Shown here one piece after another: positions 1 through 9,600 of a stretch of DNA of 64,000 bases; the stretch's first letter is position 1, and every line of letters begins with the position of its first letter. The position numbers were made by a program, and so were the translations under genes. The stretch comes from Candidatus Saccharimonadales bacterium. Lineage in GTDB: Bacteria > Patescibacteriota > Saccharimonadia > Saccharimonadales > UBA4665. The stretch is from NCBI GenBank assembly GCA_036392795.1, contig DASVXH010000083.1, positions 1,563 to 65,562 of the forward strand, written 5' to 3'. Under the pieces are notes generated by a model. It was not told where the DNA came from and did not search any database. It saw nothing but the letters and a program-made list of their open reading frames with translations.

Positions 1-537
1 AACGAATCGGGCAAGGGGCTGGAGTTCATCAACTCGATCAAGGGTGGCGTGGTCCCAAGCGAATACATTAAGCCTGTTGAACAAGGTGTTATCGAGGCCA
101 TGAACAATGGTGTTATCGCCGGTTATCCAGTGGTTGATCTAAAGGTTGAGCTGTACGACGGTAGCTACCACGAAGTCGACTCCAACGAATTAGCCTTCAA
201 AATCGCTGGTTCGATGGGTCTGCAGGAAGGTGTCAAGAAAGCCAATCCTGTATTGATGGAGCCTGTCATGAAGGTCGTCGTCGTTACCCCAGAGGAATTC
301 ATGGGTGACGTTATTGGCGACCTGAACAGTAAGCGCGGCCGCATTGAAAGCATGGAAGACCTAAGCGCTGGCGTAAAAGAGATCACCGCCTACGTTCCCC
401 TTGGCGAAATGTTTGGCTACACCACCAACCTGCGCTCGATGACCCAGGGTCGTGCGAGTTCAAGCATGGAGTTGGACCACTACGCTGATGTTCCCGGTCA
501 TGTCGCAGAGGCGATTATTGCCAAGAACGCCAAGTAG
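1..537 (+). CDS. fusA: Elongation factor G, C-terminal fragment (5' end lies outside the window)
   Basis: Frame 1 is open from base 1. The translated domain IV/V sequence ([59 protein letters not shown]) is canonical EF-G. TAG stop at 535-537. Confidence 0.95.
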   Translation, partial: NESGKGLEFINSIKGGVVPSEYIKPVEQGVIEAMNNGVIAGYPVVDLKVELYDGSYHEVDSNELAFKIAGSMGLQEGVKKANPVLMEPVMKVVVVTPEEFMGDVIGDLNSKRGRIESMEDLSAGVKEITAYVPLGEMFGYTTNLRSMTQGRASSSMELDHYADVPGHVAEAIIAKNAK

Positions 538-556
538 TTTCGTTCTAAAAAGCATA

Positions 557-586
557 AAAACTGCCTGGGATTTCAGGCAGTTTTTA
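557..586 (+). terminator. Rho-independent terminator after fusA
   Basis: Hairpin CTGCCTG (561-567) / CAGGCAG (574-580) followed by TTTTT. Confidence 0.7.
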
Positions 587-609
587 TTATTGGTCGGTAT
601 CATGTCACG

Positions 610-930
610 ATGGAAGACAGTAAAAAGCTAACCGAATTACGCAAAAAGATCGATGATGTCGATGACCAAATTGTAGACCTATTGAACCAGCGCGCACAGC
701 TGGCACTCCAGGCACGCATCGCCAAAGGTGGCCGTACAGTGCATCGCCCACAGCGGGAGAATCAAATATTAGAGCGAGTCGCTAAGATAAATCAAGGACC
801 GCTTTCGGCAGAGGCCATTCAGACGCTGTTTCATTCTGTTATTTTTGTTTGTCGCAGTATCCAAGAGGTAGAAAACGAGCCAGAGCCGCTAGTCGGCCTG
901 GACCGAAACTTCGTCACCGAACAAGCTTAG
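610..930 (+). CDS. Chorismate mutase, AroQ (CM_2) type, 106 aa
   Basis: Helical AroQ pattern: LTELRKKIDDVDDQIVDLLNQRAQLA ... RPQRENQILERV. ATG at 610. Confidence 0.7.
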   Translation: MEDSKKLTELRKKIDDVDDQIVDLLNQRAQLALQARIAKGGRTVHRPQRENQILERVAKINQGPLSAEAIQTLFHSVIFVCRSIQEVENEPEPLVGLDRNFVTEQA

Positions 931-977
931 TGTTTGCTCATGGGCTATAAAAGACCAGAATGTGATATTGTTTGGGT

Positions 978-1670
978 ATGAAAGCTTGGCTGGAACAGCT
1001 ACATAGTGGGGCAGAGTGGTATCACATTTCACCTGCCGCCCGAACACCATTGCAAAGGCTTGCCGCCCGAACGCTTGGCGTCGCCACTCCGGGTAATGTA
1101 ATTACGCTGGCTGGCCTGGGGCTTACGCTCTACGGATTGGCCGCACTCATTCAGCAAAACAACTTGGGAGTGCTATGGATACTCATTGGCCGGCTTTTAG
1201 ATGTTCTGGATGGTTTGCTGGCGCGTCTAACTCGAACTTCCAGTCCTTTTGGCGAAGGCCTTGATGCGACATGCGACAAAGTCGCCATAATCATTACTGC
1301 TTCTATGCTAATGGTAGCGTCGGTTGCTTCCATATTGCTCTTGCCACTAGCCTTGATACTCGCTGCTATTCTTCTCGAAGAGGCTTGTACGGCTTTGATT
1401 ATATTACAGGCTCGCCGTAAGGACATTCAAATTCACCCAACACGGTTAGGGAAATACACTACTTTTGCACTCTGGTTTTTTGTTATCGCCTATCTGTCGT
1501 CGTATATTTTAAATCCTCTCGATGGTGCCAATGCCGGACAGAGCGCTGCGGTGCTGGTAGCTATTATCGCACTCGGCTTTGTCGTCTTGGCGCTGCGCTG
1601 GTTGAACTTTATTCGCATCACTGGTGTAATACAAAAAGAACGAAAGAAACGAGAAACTCTTTTATCTTAA
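978..1670 (+). CDS. CDP-alcohol phosphatidyltransferase family membrane protein
   Basis: DVLDGLLARLTRTSSPFGEGLDATCD matches D-x2-DG-x2-AR-x8-G-x3-D-x3-D. Multiple hydrophobic helices. Start is ambiguous (TTG 972 or ATG 978). Confidence 0.8.
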   Translation: MKAWLEQLHSGAEWYHISPAARTPLQRLAARTLGVATPGNVITLAGLGLTLYGLAALIQQNNLGVLWILIGRLLDVLDGLLARLTRTSSPFGEGLDATCDKVAIIITASMLMVASVASILLLPLALILAAILLEEACTALIILQARRKDIQIHPTRLGKYTTFALWFFVIAYLSSYILNPLDGANAGQSAAVLVAIIALGFVVLALRWLNFIRITGVIQKERKKRETLLS

Positions 1671-1680
1671 AGGCTCCGTT

Positions 1681-2640
1681 ATGTCACCATTTGATTACCT
1701 TATTACGCTTCGCAATCCCCACAGCACACATACGATAACCGCCAAAAATCGGATCGAGCAGATAAAGCACACGCTTCATGTCAAAGAGGTGATTGACTTG
1801 GAGTTGCATGCGGGCGAGGGTAAAACCACCGATGTTCTATTGGACTCTTGTCGCAATAAATTGGGGCCCAGAACGCTATTGTGTATTGCTGGTGGCGACG
1901 GCACCGTCAACTCGGTATTGAAGTATCTGATGACAGAAAAAACATCTAAAACAGTACAGCAAACCGTACTTTTGCCACTTTGGGGCGGCAATGCCAACGA
2001 TTTAGCGCACATGTTGAATGGTGCAGCCTACAAGACGGCGATGGCAGACGTTTTGGATAAAGGACAGCGCGTTGCGATTCGTCCATTATGCTGTGAGCTG
2101 ACTGCGCTTTCTGGCGAAAGGACTACGTATATCGCCTCTAGTTATATCGGATTTGGCGCTTCGGCAATGGCAGCGCGACGTTTCAATACCTTACTGCACC
2201 GTAATAGTAAGTGGCACAAGGTGCCTGGCGGACGGACGATCCGTGAGACATTTACCGTTCTCGAAGCATTTGTGCGGATATCGGCCTTTCATATAACAGA
2301 AAATGGAAAAACAACTGGCATTTACGAGCGTATCTATATCAACGGTTCTCGTATTGCCAAGGTACGACCGCTGCCGCTGAAACTAACCGACGACGCATTT
2401 TACCGATTAACCATCAAAGAAAAACGTCTTCGTGCAGTGGTGATGTATCTACGTGAACTCTTCCGTCGTCCAGAGGCCGAACAAGCCTCCCAGGAGGTGT
2501 CATTTGTGTGTGAAGATCGTGCGTGGGGACAGGCAGACGGCGAGACGTTCCGGGTGTCAGCAGGGACAAAAGTACGCATTTACCGTCGGAAAACACCTTT
2601 CTATGCATTGAGTACGCGACTACCAAAAACGTCTTCTTGA
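1681..2640 (+). CDS. Diacylglycerol/lipid kinase family protein (DAGK_cat, YegS/BmrU-like)
   Basis: LLCIAGGDGTVNSVL contains the GGDGT motif of the lipid-kinase catalytic domain. 319 aa, TGA stop. Confidence 0.7.
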   Translation: MSPFDYLITLRNPHSTHTITAKNRIEQIKHTLHVKEVIDLELHAGEGKTTDVLLDSCRNKLGPRTLLCIAGGDGTVNSVLKYLMTEKTSKTVQQTVLLPLWGGNANDLAHMLNGAAYKTAMADVLDKGQRVAIRPLCCELTALSGERTTYIASSYIGFGASAMAARRFNTLLHRNSKWHKVPGGRTIRETFTVLEAFVRISAFHITENGKTTGIYERIYINGSRIAKVRPLPLKLTDDAFYRLTIKEKRLRAVVMYLRELFRRPEAEQASQEVSFVCEDRAWGQADGETFRVSAGTKVRIYRRKTPFYALSTRLPKTSS

Positions 2641-2656
2641 CAGTCTGCTTTTACTC

Positions 2657-2685
2657 TTTACATCGGTAGGGCTTTCCGTTACAAT
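2657..2685 (+). promoter_or_regulatory. Candidate sigma70-type promoter for tuf
   Basis: TTTACA (2657-2662), 17-nt spacer, TACAAT (2680-2685), about 65 nt upstream of the tuf ATG. Confidence 0.45.
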
Positions 2686-2752
2686 ACCCAGGTCACTCGT
2701 GTGATTTTTTATATTCTCACGCGGTAATACTAATAATAAGGAGTCATCTTTA

Positions 2753-3931
2753 ATGGCAGACACATTTGACCGTAGCAAGCCGCACGTTAACGTTGGTACC
2801 ATGGGCCACGTTGACCACGGTAAGACTACTCTGACCGCAGCAATTACTGCTGTGCTCGCTAAAAAGCTTCCAAGCGCAACTAACAAGCCGATCGCTTACG
2901 ATCAGATCGACAACGCTCCCGAAGAGCGTCAGCGTGGTATTACCATTGCTACCTCTCACCAGGAATACGAATCAGAAAAGCGCCACTACGCGCACGTCGA
3001 CATGCCTGGTCACGCCGACTACGTCAAGAACATGATTACCGGTGCTGCTCAGGTTGATGGTGCCATCCTCGTGGTGTCTGCCGCCGATGGTCCTATGCCT
3101 CAAACCCGCGAGCACGTTCTGCTTGCCAAGCAGGTGGGTGTGCCAAAGATCGTGGTCTTCCTCAACAAGATGGACCTTGCCGACGCAGACCTCGTGGACC
3201 TCATCGAAGAAGAAATCAAGGAACTGCTCGAAAAGAACGGTTTCGATGCAAACTGTCCTATTATCCGCGGTTCTGCCGCCAAGGCTCTCGAAGGCGACGC
3301 TGCCAACGAAGACGCTATCATGGAACTCGTTAAGGCTATGGACGACTACATTCCAGAACCACAGCGCGACCTTGACAAGCCATTCCTAATGCCAATCGAA
3401 GACGTATTCTCGATCAAGGGTCGTGGTACCGTTGCCACTGGTCGTATCGAACAAGGTGTCGTAAAGATTAACGACGAAGTTGAAATCGTTGGTATCCGCG
3501 ACAGCCGCAAGTCTGTTGTAACCGGCATCGAAGCTTTCAAGAAGAATCTTGACCAGGGTCAAGCTGGCGACAACGCCGGTATCCTGCTCCGCGGCATCGA
3601 GCGCGACGACATCGAGCGTGGTCAGGTTATTGCCAAGCCAGGTTCTGTGACTCCTCACACCGAGTTCGAGGCAGAGGTGTACATCCTTTCCAAAGAAGAA
3701 GGTGGTCGTCACACACCATTCTTCCCCGGTTACAAGCCACAGTTCTACTTCCGCACCACCGACGTTACCGGTGAAGTGAAATTTGACAAGGAAATGATCA
3801 TGCCAGGTGACACCGTTACCTTCAAGGTTACTCTCCTTGCCCCTATCGCCATGGACGAAGGTCTACGCTTCGCTATCCGCGAAGGTGGCCGCACCGTTGG
3901 TGCTGGTGTTGTTACCAAGATCGTTAAATAA
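2753..3931 (+). CDS. tuf: Elongation factor Tu
   Basis: 392 aa with [18 protein letters not shown] and NKMD GTPase motifs. AAGGAG lies upstream. Confidence 0.98.
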   Translation: MADTFDRSKPHVNVGTMGHVDHGKTTLTAAITAVLAKKLPSATNKPIAYDQIDNAPEERQRGITIATSHQEYESEKRHYAHVDMPGHADYVKNMITGAAQVDGAILVVSAADGPMPQTREHVLLAKQVGVPKIVVFLNKMDLADADLVDLIEEEIKELLEKNGFDANCPIIRGSAAKALEGDAANEDAIMELVKAMDDYIPEPQRDLDKPFLMPIEDVFSIKGRGTVATGRIEQGVVKINDEVEIVGIRDSRKSVVTGIEAFKKNLDQGQAGDNAGILLRGIERDDIERGQVIAKPGSVTPHTEFEAEVYILSKEEGGRHTPFFPGYKPQFYFRTTDVTGEVKFDKEMIMPGDTVTFKVTLLAPIAMDEGLRFAIREGGRTVGAGVVTKIVK

Positions 3932-3950
3932 TCGATCTAAATACAACATT

Positions 3951-3986
3951 AAAAGAGCGCTGGGATATCCGGCGCTCTTTGTTTTT
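3951..3986 (+). terminator. Rho-independent terminator after tuf
   Basis: AGAGCGC (3954-3960) / GCGCTCT (3972-3978) hairpin followed by a T-rich tract. Confidence 0.75.
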
Positions 3987-4028
3987 ACATCTTGTATTCT
4001 ATATAAGTTTGTTATACAGTAACATCTT

Positions 4029-7000
4029 ATGCCAACCCCAGAGTCACCCCCGTTTTCGCATGAACGTATTCCTACGCATGAACGCATCAATATAACACCG
4101 GATGCCATTTCGTATTTAGAGAAGGTCGATGTTTACGATCCATCAGCTCCAGCGACCCAGCTATTACGACGCTATGTCGGCGAGGAATCGCATAAGGATC
4201 CGAACACCCCGATTCCAGTAGTTTATTTGGTCAAGGCAAAAGGCATCGGAGGCTACACTGTAGGTGATGCGATATTTATTCACGACGGTATCTTTGATAG
4301 TTTAAAATATGCCGAGGAATGCAGGGCATTGCTGGAGCATGAAAAGGACCACTATAAGCAAGGCGAGACTTGTGAAATCGCACCTAGCACACTTAAAAAG
4401 ATCATTGGAGCGGGCAGGGTAGCGGAAATCGAAGCTGATATCCGGGGCTTAAAGGCACTGGACGAAAACGGCATAAATCCGCTTGGCATGATCAGTCTGA
4501 CAGAAAGAGCGGTAGAGCAGGAAGCGCAAGAGTCGCCTAGTAAGGGGCCACATATTGAATCGGAAGTTCACGGCGGCATGCTTGAGCGAAAGGTAATGCT
4601 TGAGCAGGTGCTGACCGTGATGGATGTCAAGCATCTGTCACCCGGTATGGAGCCCCTGGAAAGACCTGAGTTGGGAAAGTTGGTCAAGTTGGATGACGAA
4701 GCGTTTTGGAGTTTGGCGCCAACCCTTCAGCAGGCACAACTAAACCGGGTTATAAATCGGGATCACCCTAGCCAACGTCATATCGATATTCAAAAGCGAA
4801 TTCTGGAAAGTATTGCCGATCAGCCCGAAGACGAACAGTCTTTGCGGGCGAAATCAGAGCTTATGCATCGGAAATATACTGAATCACTACAGGACTACGA
4901 CATTGATCAACTGACCCGCGACCTGCAAATACTACAGTCGCAAAATGTCAGAGCCCTTATGCCCAGGCTCAAGCGGAGGAGGGCTATCGAATCTGCAACG
5001 CTACCCCATTTGCGTAGGGCAATCCTGGACTCATCAGATAACCATGAAGATTTGATACGGTTAGCTGACCTGATAAAGGAGACTGCCGCTGCAGAGGCTC
5101 GGTTTATAGGCCAGGCACACTCGCCCTTATTCATAAGGATGCCTTTGAATCAACTTCTTAAAGATGTCGACTTCAGCAAACTCTCTACAGCTCAGAGCGA
5201 CTCGCTGGCCCGAAAACTAATCTATTATGGAAGCCAGGTCGGCTATTATGAATCATATCTGAGCAGCGACAAACCAAAAGATGAGCACAGCATGGAGGTG
5301 CCGGATACTGCGCGGAATCATTTCCTTTTACGAGTCATTCGGGAAATTGATGCCCGGATAATTGCCGACATCCAAGCGCAGCCCGCAGGGCTAGATAAAC
5401 TCCACTATCTGACAAAGAGGTTTCCGGGCGAAGCTGGAGATATGCTTGCCCATATAGGCACTAATCTTCTAAACCCGCAGATAGTTGGCAATACGCTGCA
5501 TAACGGAATTACTGATGTCATTCGAAAAATGCCGCCAGGCAAACTTTTTAATAATTTTATAAATAAGGTACGATCGGGCGACGTAGATGACATGCGCGAG
5601 CTAGCATCACTCGTTCTGGCACAGATAGAAACAAACCTAACGCAAGGACGTAAGGACAGGGCCTTGACTACAAAACAGCTCAAAGCTTACTTGCCGTTTA
5701 TTCTACTCGCCTATGGCGGCGACGAAGGGCCTTCTGAACCATACGTAATCACCTCCGTGGAGGAAATTGTCTTTGACACCCGGGATGCGATAGCCAATTA
5801 TGCAAAACGCTTAAAGATAGTTATCGAAGGTGCGGCCAAGCTGCAGCAAGAGTACCCGGACATACCATGGCAGGATCCGAGCGTCGAGATTCGCCAAAGC
5901 AGGCAATTAACTGGTACGCTGCTGCGGGACGCACTCAAGACATATCAAGCCGACCAAGAGGAAGGCATTGCAAAGCTTATAGCACTTATGCAGCATTATT
6001 CCGTACCCCGTCTAGAACAAGATGTTGCAATATATAAAAGCAATCAATCTTACTTGGACGTCGTTAAGATCTGGCGTAATATGGCTGAATCCTTAATATC
6101 CCGGCCCGACCTGGAGACGGATGAAAACGCTCTACTAACACTGGCTGCTTTAGGCATGTCGGCTCCTGAGGTTGAGCTGAATCTAACGGTTGCCGACTAT
6201 GCCTTTAACCAGGTAGCGCGGCTTCGCGATTTTGAGGGCGGATTACGTTTGTTGCAGGAATTTCCCAATGCCCGCACTGTGCATCGCTCGATATTGGAGG
6301 TTTTGATTGAAGAAAAAGCGCATACTCCTGCAGAGTTCGAGCAACTGAATGGCATCATAGAAACATTATACATAGATACATTAGCCGATAACTACGGGCT
6401 GATAAGCGCCGCCAGCCTAGCCGACAGTATTGCTATTCCGGTCTATAGTCACCACGAAAATATCGAAAGAGACGTCGCCCTTCGGACTGATGTCATCGAA
6501 GGAATGGAGAGTTCCGATCTCTTGGCAGGTTTGCTCAGTAGCGGCCAAGACGACACCAGGCTAAAACGTTATCTGGCAGGCAGGTGGTGGTTGGAAAAAA
6601 GAGCAGGACTACGATCAGGACTACGGGCGGGGCTACGAGCATGGGACGATGATGGGCAGGATATTCAGGACCACTTCAAGATAGAAAACTTCATTGTGTA
6701 TCGAGGTCCCAATAAACGCGCCCATTTACAGCATTGGATTGAGAATGACTATCCAGAGGCCGGCTCTTACGCCCCCTTCGATGACAGCCTGGGCGGCATA
6801 TATCTGTTGACCGATCCGGCTCGCTTTTTTGCCGTTCGCAAGCTGCTATTGCAAAAACCTGACGGTGTTCTTATGAACGAGCAGGGCGGCCGCGACCTGG
6901 TTGACTCCCTGATGAATTCCTGGCTTTCTGCCGAGCGGGACACCGAGGAGGGTGAAATTCTTCGTGAGCTGTTACATGAATTGGTGACAAAAAATGATGC

Positions 7001-8531
7001 GGGAACCGCATATCTACATATCGGCCCCATGCTGCAGGATATGATTTTAAAACCGCCAAAATCTTTCTCTGATCTACGACCGATTACTGACAGCATTGCA
7101 GACAGTGCGGTAGACGCTATGGTGGCGCGCGGACGATTACGGAATCCTACTCCACAAGATTATGATGCGGTACGCCGTCGGGTCGCTAAGCTTTTTGAGG
7201 GCGATAGCAAAGGAAAAGCTCGCGACAGCATACAAGAAGTCAAGGTTCGTATATTGCAAAGAATCGGCGCCGAAGACAGCGTTTCGTCCGCGACCAAACT
7301 AAGCACGTTGGCCTTCGCCGCTCTCGCCGGCAAAAAAGCGGGCGGAATCGGAGTAAAAATGTTGCAGCTGGCCGGACAATATTTTGAGCTGTCAGAGGAA
7401 GACCGTACGGAATTTGAAGACGTGTACGATGACATGAAGGGTCAGACGCGTCTTCAGGCGTATATCACCCTTAAGCGCGAGGCGGCACAAAATCCGGCAA
7501 CTGCCGAGCTGCTTGATAATATTAAATCGTTTGGCGGCCGCATTGGCGGCGGTTCGTTATTTACCGTGTATAAAGTTCATCTAAAAGACGGCCGAGAGAT
7601 GGCACTGGGCGTTAAGAATCCTAATGCCGAATTCAGGGTGCGCCGTCTGGTCGAATTTGCATCTACGGGTATTCAGGGGACAAGCGAGAAACATCCTAAA
7701 AACACGACATTACAACTTATGTCGTCGCTAATGGACGATGCCGTGCAGTGGGTGGCAAATGAGCTGGACGATCCCGAATTTCCTCAGAAGGACGCGGTTT
7801 ACGCTCAGGAAAACGACACGATTCGCGGTAAGGGCTTTAAAAAAGGCAAAACCAGGTACGATGTCATTACCCCAAAAACCATGGAAACTGGCACGTCGTG
7901 GGTGCGCTGTGAAGAGTTTATTGGCGGCACTAACCTGAATAGCTTGCATATTACCGAGGACGGTCAGACCAACATCCCCTCCGGTGTTATTAGTCGCAGC
8001 GACTACAAAGAAGCCGCCTCCGTACTGGTACGCAACTATGTGCATCAGGTTATGTCCGGCAGCTATGCACATTCGGATGTGCATCCGGGACAATTCCGTA
8101 TAACCGAGGACAATACGCGCATCGCTATCTTTGATCGCCGCAACCTTTTGCCAGTACACCCAAAACTTCGCAGCACTTTGCGTACAGCCTTTAGCGCCTT
8201 GATGGATGATGACGTTAGCGCAGCAGCGCTGGCAATTGCCATGCACGGCGCCCCCGCCGACACCGACCCTGATAAACTGGCTGCAACGATACGTGATATT
8301 TCTCAAAAGACCCAAGAACCCGCTCGGCTGGTGGCCGACACGATTCTAGCCTTGAAGCGCGCGGGCATAAAGGTACCTCTGGATCTCAGTCTTATGCTGC
8401 GCAATTTTATGAGCGTCAACGAATTTAGCAAAAAAGCCGGCTTTGACAACCTGGCCGAGGCGTTTTTGCATACCTCTTCCGGAATGGATGAACTACTTCG
8501 TCTGGCGCAGACAGATGAGACTGTGATATAA
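4029..8531 (+). CDS. 1500-aa multidomain protein: N-terminal HExxH zinc-peptidase-like module, long helical middle, C-terminal UbiB/ABC1 atypical-kinase-like domain
   Basis: Uninterrupted 4.5-kb ORF. HEKDH at nt 4338-4352, with EIEAD about 30 aa downstream. Kinase-like motifs: LQLAGQ, GGGSLFTVYKVHLKDGREMALGVKNPN (about nt 7545-7625), HSDVHPGQF (8069-8095) and IAIFDRR. No signal peptide. Confidence 0.85.
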   Translation: MPTPESPPFSHERIPTHERINITPDAISYLEKVDVYDPSAPATQLLRRYVGEESHKDPNTPIPVVYLVKAKGIGGYTVGDAIFIHDGIFDSLKYAEECRALLEHEKDHYKQGETCEIAPSTLKKIIGAGRVAEIEADIRGLKALDENGINPLGMISLTERAVEQEAQESPSKGPHIESEVHGGMLERKVMLEQVLTVMDVKHLSPGMEPLERPELGKLVKLDDEAFWSLAPTLQQAQLNRVINRDHPSQRHIDIQKRILESIADQPEDEQSLRAKSELMHRKYTESLQDYDIDQLTRDLQILQSQNVRALMPRLKRRRAIESATLPHLRRAILDSSDNHEDLIRLADLIKETAAAEARFIGQAHSPLFIRMPLNQLLKDVDFSKLSTAQSDSLARKLIYYGSQVGYYESYLSSDKPKDEHSMEVPDTARNHFLLRVIREIDARIIADIQAQPAGLDKLHYLTKRFPGEAGDMLAHIGTNLLNPQIVGNTLHNGITDVIRKMPPGKLFNNFINKVRSGDVDDMRELASLVLAQIETNLTQGRKDRALTTKQLKAYLPFILLAYGGDEGPSEPYVITSVEEIVFDTRDAIANYAKRLKIVIEGAAKLQQEYPDIPWQDPSVEIRQSRQLTGTLLRDALKTYQADQEEGIAKLIALMQHYSVPRLEQDVAIYKSNQSYLDVVKIWRNMAESLISRPDLETDENALLTLAALGMSAPEVELNLTVADYAFNQVARLRDFEGGLRLLQEFPNARTVHRSILEVLIEEKAHTPAEFEQLNGIIETLYIDTLADNYGLISAASLADSIAIPVYSHHENIERDVALRTDVIEGMESSDLLAGLLSSGQDDTRLKRYLAGRWWLEKRAGLRSGLRAGLRAWDDDGQDIQDHFKIENFIVYRGPNKRAHLQHWIENDYPEAGSYAPFDDSLGGIYLLTDPARFFAVRKLLLQKPDGVLMNEQGGRDLVDSLMNSWLSAERDTEEGEILRELLHELVTKNDAGTAYLHIGPMLQDMILKPPKSFSDLRPITDSIADSAVDAMVARGRLRNPTPQDYDAVRRRVAKLFEGDSKGKARDSIQEVKVRILQRIGAEDSVSSATKLSTLAFAALAGKKAGGIGVKMLQLAGQYFELSEEDRTEFEDVYDDMKGQTRLQAYITLKREAAQNPATAELLDNIKSFGGRIGGGSLFTVYKVHLKDGREMALGVKNPNAEFRVRRLVEFASTGIQGTSEKHPKNTTLQLMSSLMDDAVQWVANELDDPEFPQKDAVYAQENDTIRGKGFKKGKTRYDVITPKTMETGTSWVRCEEFIGGTNLNSLHITEDGQTNIPSGVISRSDYKEAASVLVRNYVHQVMSGSYAHSDVHPGQFRITEDNTRIAIFDRRNLLPVHPKLRSTLRTAFSALMDDDVSAAALAIAMHGAPADTDPDKLAATIRDISQKTQEPARLVADTILALKRAGIKVPLDLSLMLRNFMSVNEFSKKAGFDNLAEAFLHTSSGMDELLRLAQTDETVI
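6606..6641 (+). repeat. Imperfect 3 x 12-nt tandem repeat inside the 1500-aa gene
   Basis: ggactacgatca / ggactacgggcg / gggctacgagca, encoding GLRS-GLRA-GLRA. Confidence 0.6.
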
Positions 8532-8616
8532 TTGATCACGTTATTAATAATTATGCCGAGAACTTGACGGTAATCACTCACGATCAAGATTACGGCATCG
8601 CACAAAGGACAATAGA

Positions 8617-8943
8617 ATGGTAGAACCAAAAAAAGATCAGAAGCAGCGTATTCGGATTCGCCTGAAGGCCTACGACCACAAGGTCATCGACCAGGCCGCA
8701 AAGCAGATTGTTGACACTGCTCTGCGCACGGGCGCCACCATCGCTGGCCCCATCCCACTGCCTACTGACCGCAGCACTTTTACGGTCATCAAGGCTCCTC
8801 ATGTTTACAAAAAAGGTCGTGAACAGTTTGAAATGCGGGTTCACAAACGTCTTATCGACGTGACCGAGCCGACGCCAAAGACGATCGACTCGCTCATGAA
8901 CTTGAGTCTGCCAGCTGGCTGTGACGTTGAAATCAAAATGTAA
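8617..8943 (+). CDS. rpsJ: 30S ribosomal protein S10
   Basis: [41 protein letters not shown] is canonical S10. Confidence 0.97.
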   Translation: MVEPKKDQKQRIRIRLKAYDHKVIDQAAKQIVDTALRTGATIAGPIPLPTDRSTFTVIKAPHVYKKGREQFEMRVHKRLIDVTEPTPKTIDSLMNLSLPAGCDVEIKM

Positions 8944-8954
8944 TCAAAAGAAAG

Positions 8955-8983
8955 GACCGCCGGAATTAAACCGGCGGTTTTTA
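8955..8983 (+). terminator. Rho-independent terminator directly after rpsJ
   Basis: ACCGCCGG (8956-8963) / CCGGCGGT (8971-8978) followed by a T run. Confidence 0.8.
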
Positions 8984-8990
8984 TATAACT

Positions 8991-9557
8991 ATGATACTAC
9001 GAGAATACGAAGTCCAAGTTGATAGGGAAGATGCAACCGTCCGGAGGGCTGCAGCTAATTTAGTTACTCCCACAGTAGAGCTTTTGCTTGCGCATGAATT
9101 ACCAGCCGATCTCACGCTCGCCTGTACGCCGCGGGAAACTGGTGTGCGCGATGGGCTGCGTCACCCACGAGCCGGCAGGACCCCGGAGTTCACGGCGATG
9201 CAAACCGATGACGATGAGTATACGATTTCGGCTGCCTTGCCATTTGATGTGTCACGAATGGGCGCGGGAATCAATGTCGTAAAATACTGCCTTACCCTTC
9301 CGCCAAATGGAAGATTCGGCGGAGTGATAGCCATAGATAGTCCCGTTAAGCGTATATTTGAACTTACACCCATGGACCCGCGGCGGCAGGACATGAAGCA
9401 GCGGCTCTCTGCCAGCGCAGCCGTTAATGGGTTGGCACTGTCACTAAACGCACTACAGGCAGGCAAGGGGATTAACGGCTTTAGGACCAATTTTGAACCT
9501 AATCTTTTGCACCGCGGACCCTCTATTGTGCCGATGCCCCGTAGTCGAACCAATTAA
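8991..9557 (+). CDS. Hypothetical protein, 188 aa
   Basis: Long ORF with plausible composition. The antisense ORF 9161-9553 looks less protein-like. No Shine-Dalgarno sequence; the ATG lies about 8 nt after the terminator. Confidence 0.45.
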   Translation: MILREYEVQVDREDATVRRAAANLVTPTVELLLAHELPADLTLACTPRETGVRDGLRHPRAGRTPEFTAMQTDDDEYTISAALPFDVSRMGAGINVVKYCLTLPPNGRFGGVIAIDSPVKRIFELTPMDPRRQDMKQRLSASAAVNGLALSLNALQAGKGINGFRTNFEPNLLHRGPSIVPMPRSRTN

Positions 9558-9600
9558 CTGGGATTGTCGAACTATACCGCTTCTGCTTTAATATAAGCTA

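Noticed and set aside
7728-8315. 195-aa minus-strand ORF, plus other internal ORFs in the 4029-8531 region
   Set aside because: It is embedded antisense in the kinase-like domain of the 1500-aa gene, where the plus-strand frame carries ordered conserved motifs.
9161-9553. 130-aa minus-strand ORF overlapping the 188-aa ORF
   Set aside because: Its Ser/Arg/Cys-rich composition is less plausible than the plus-strand product. Neither is certain.
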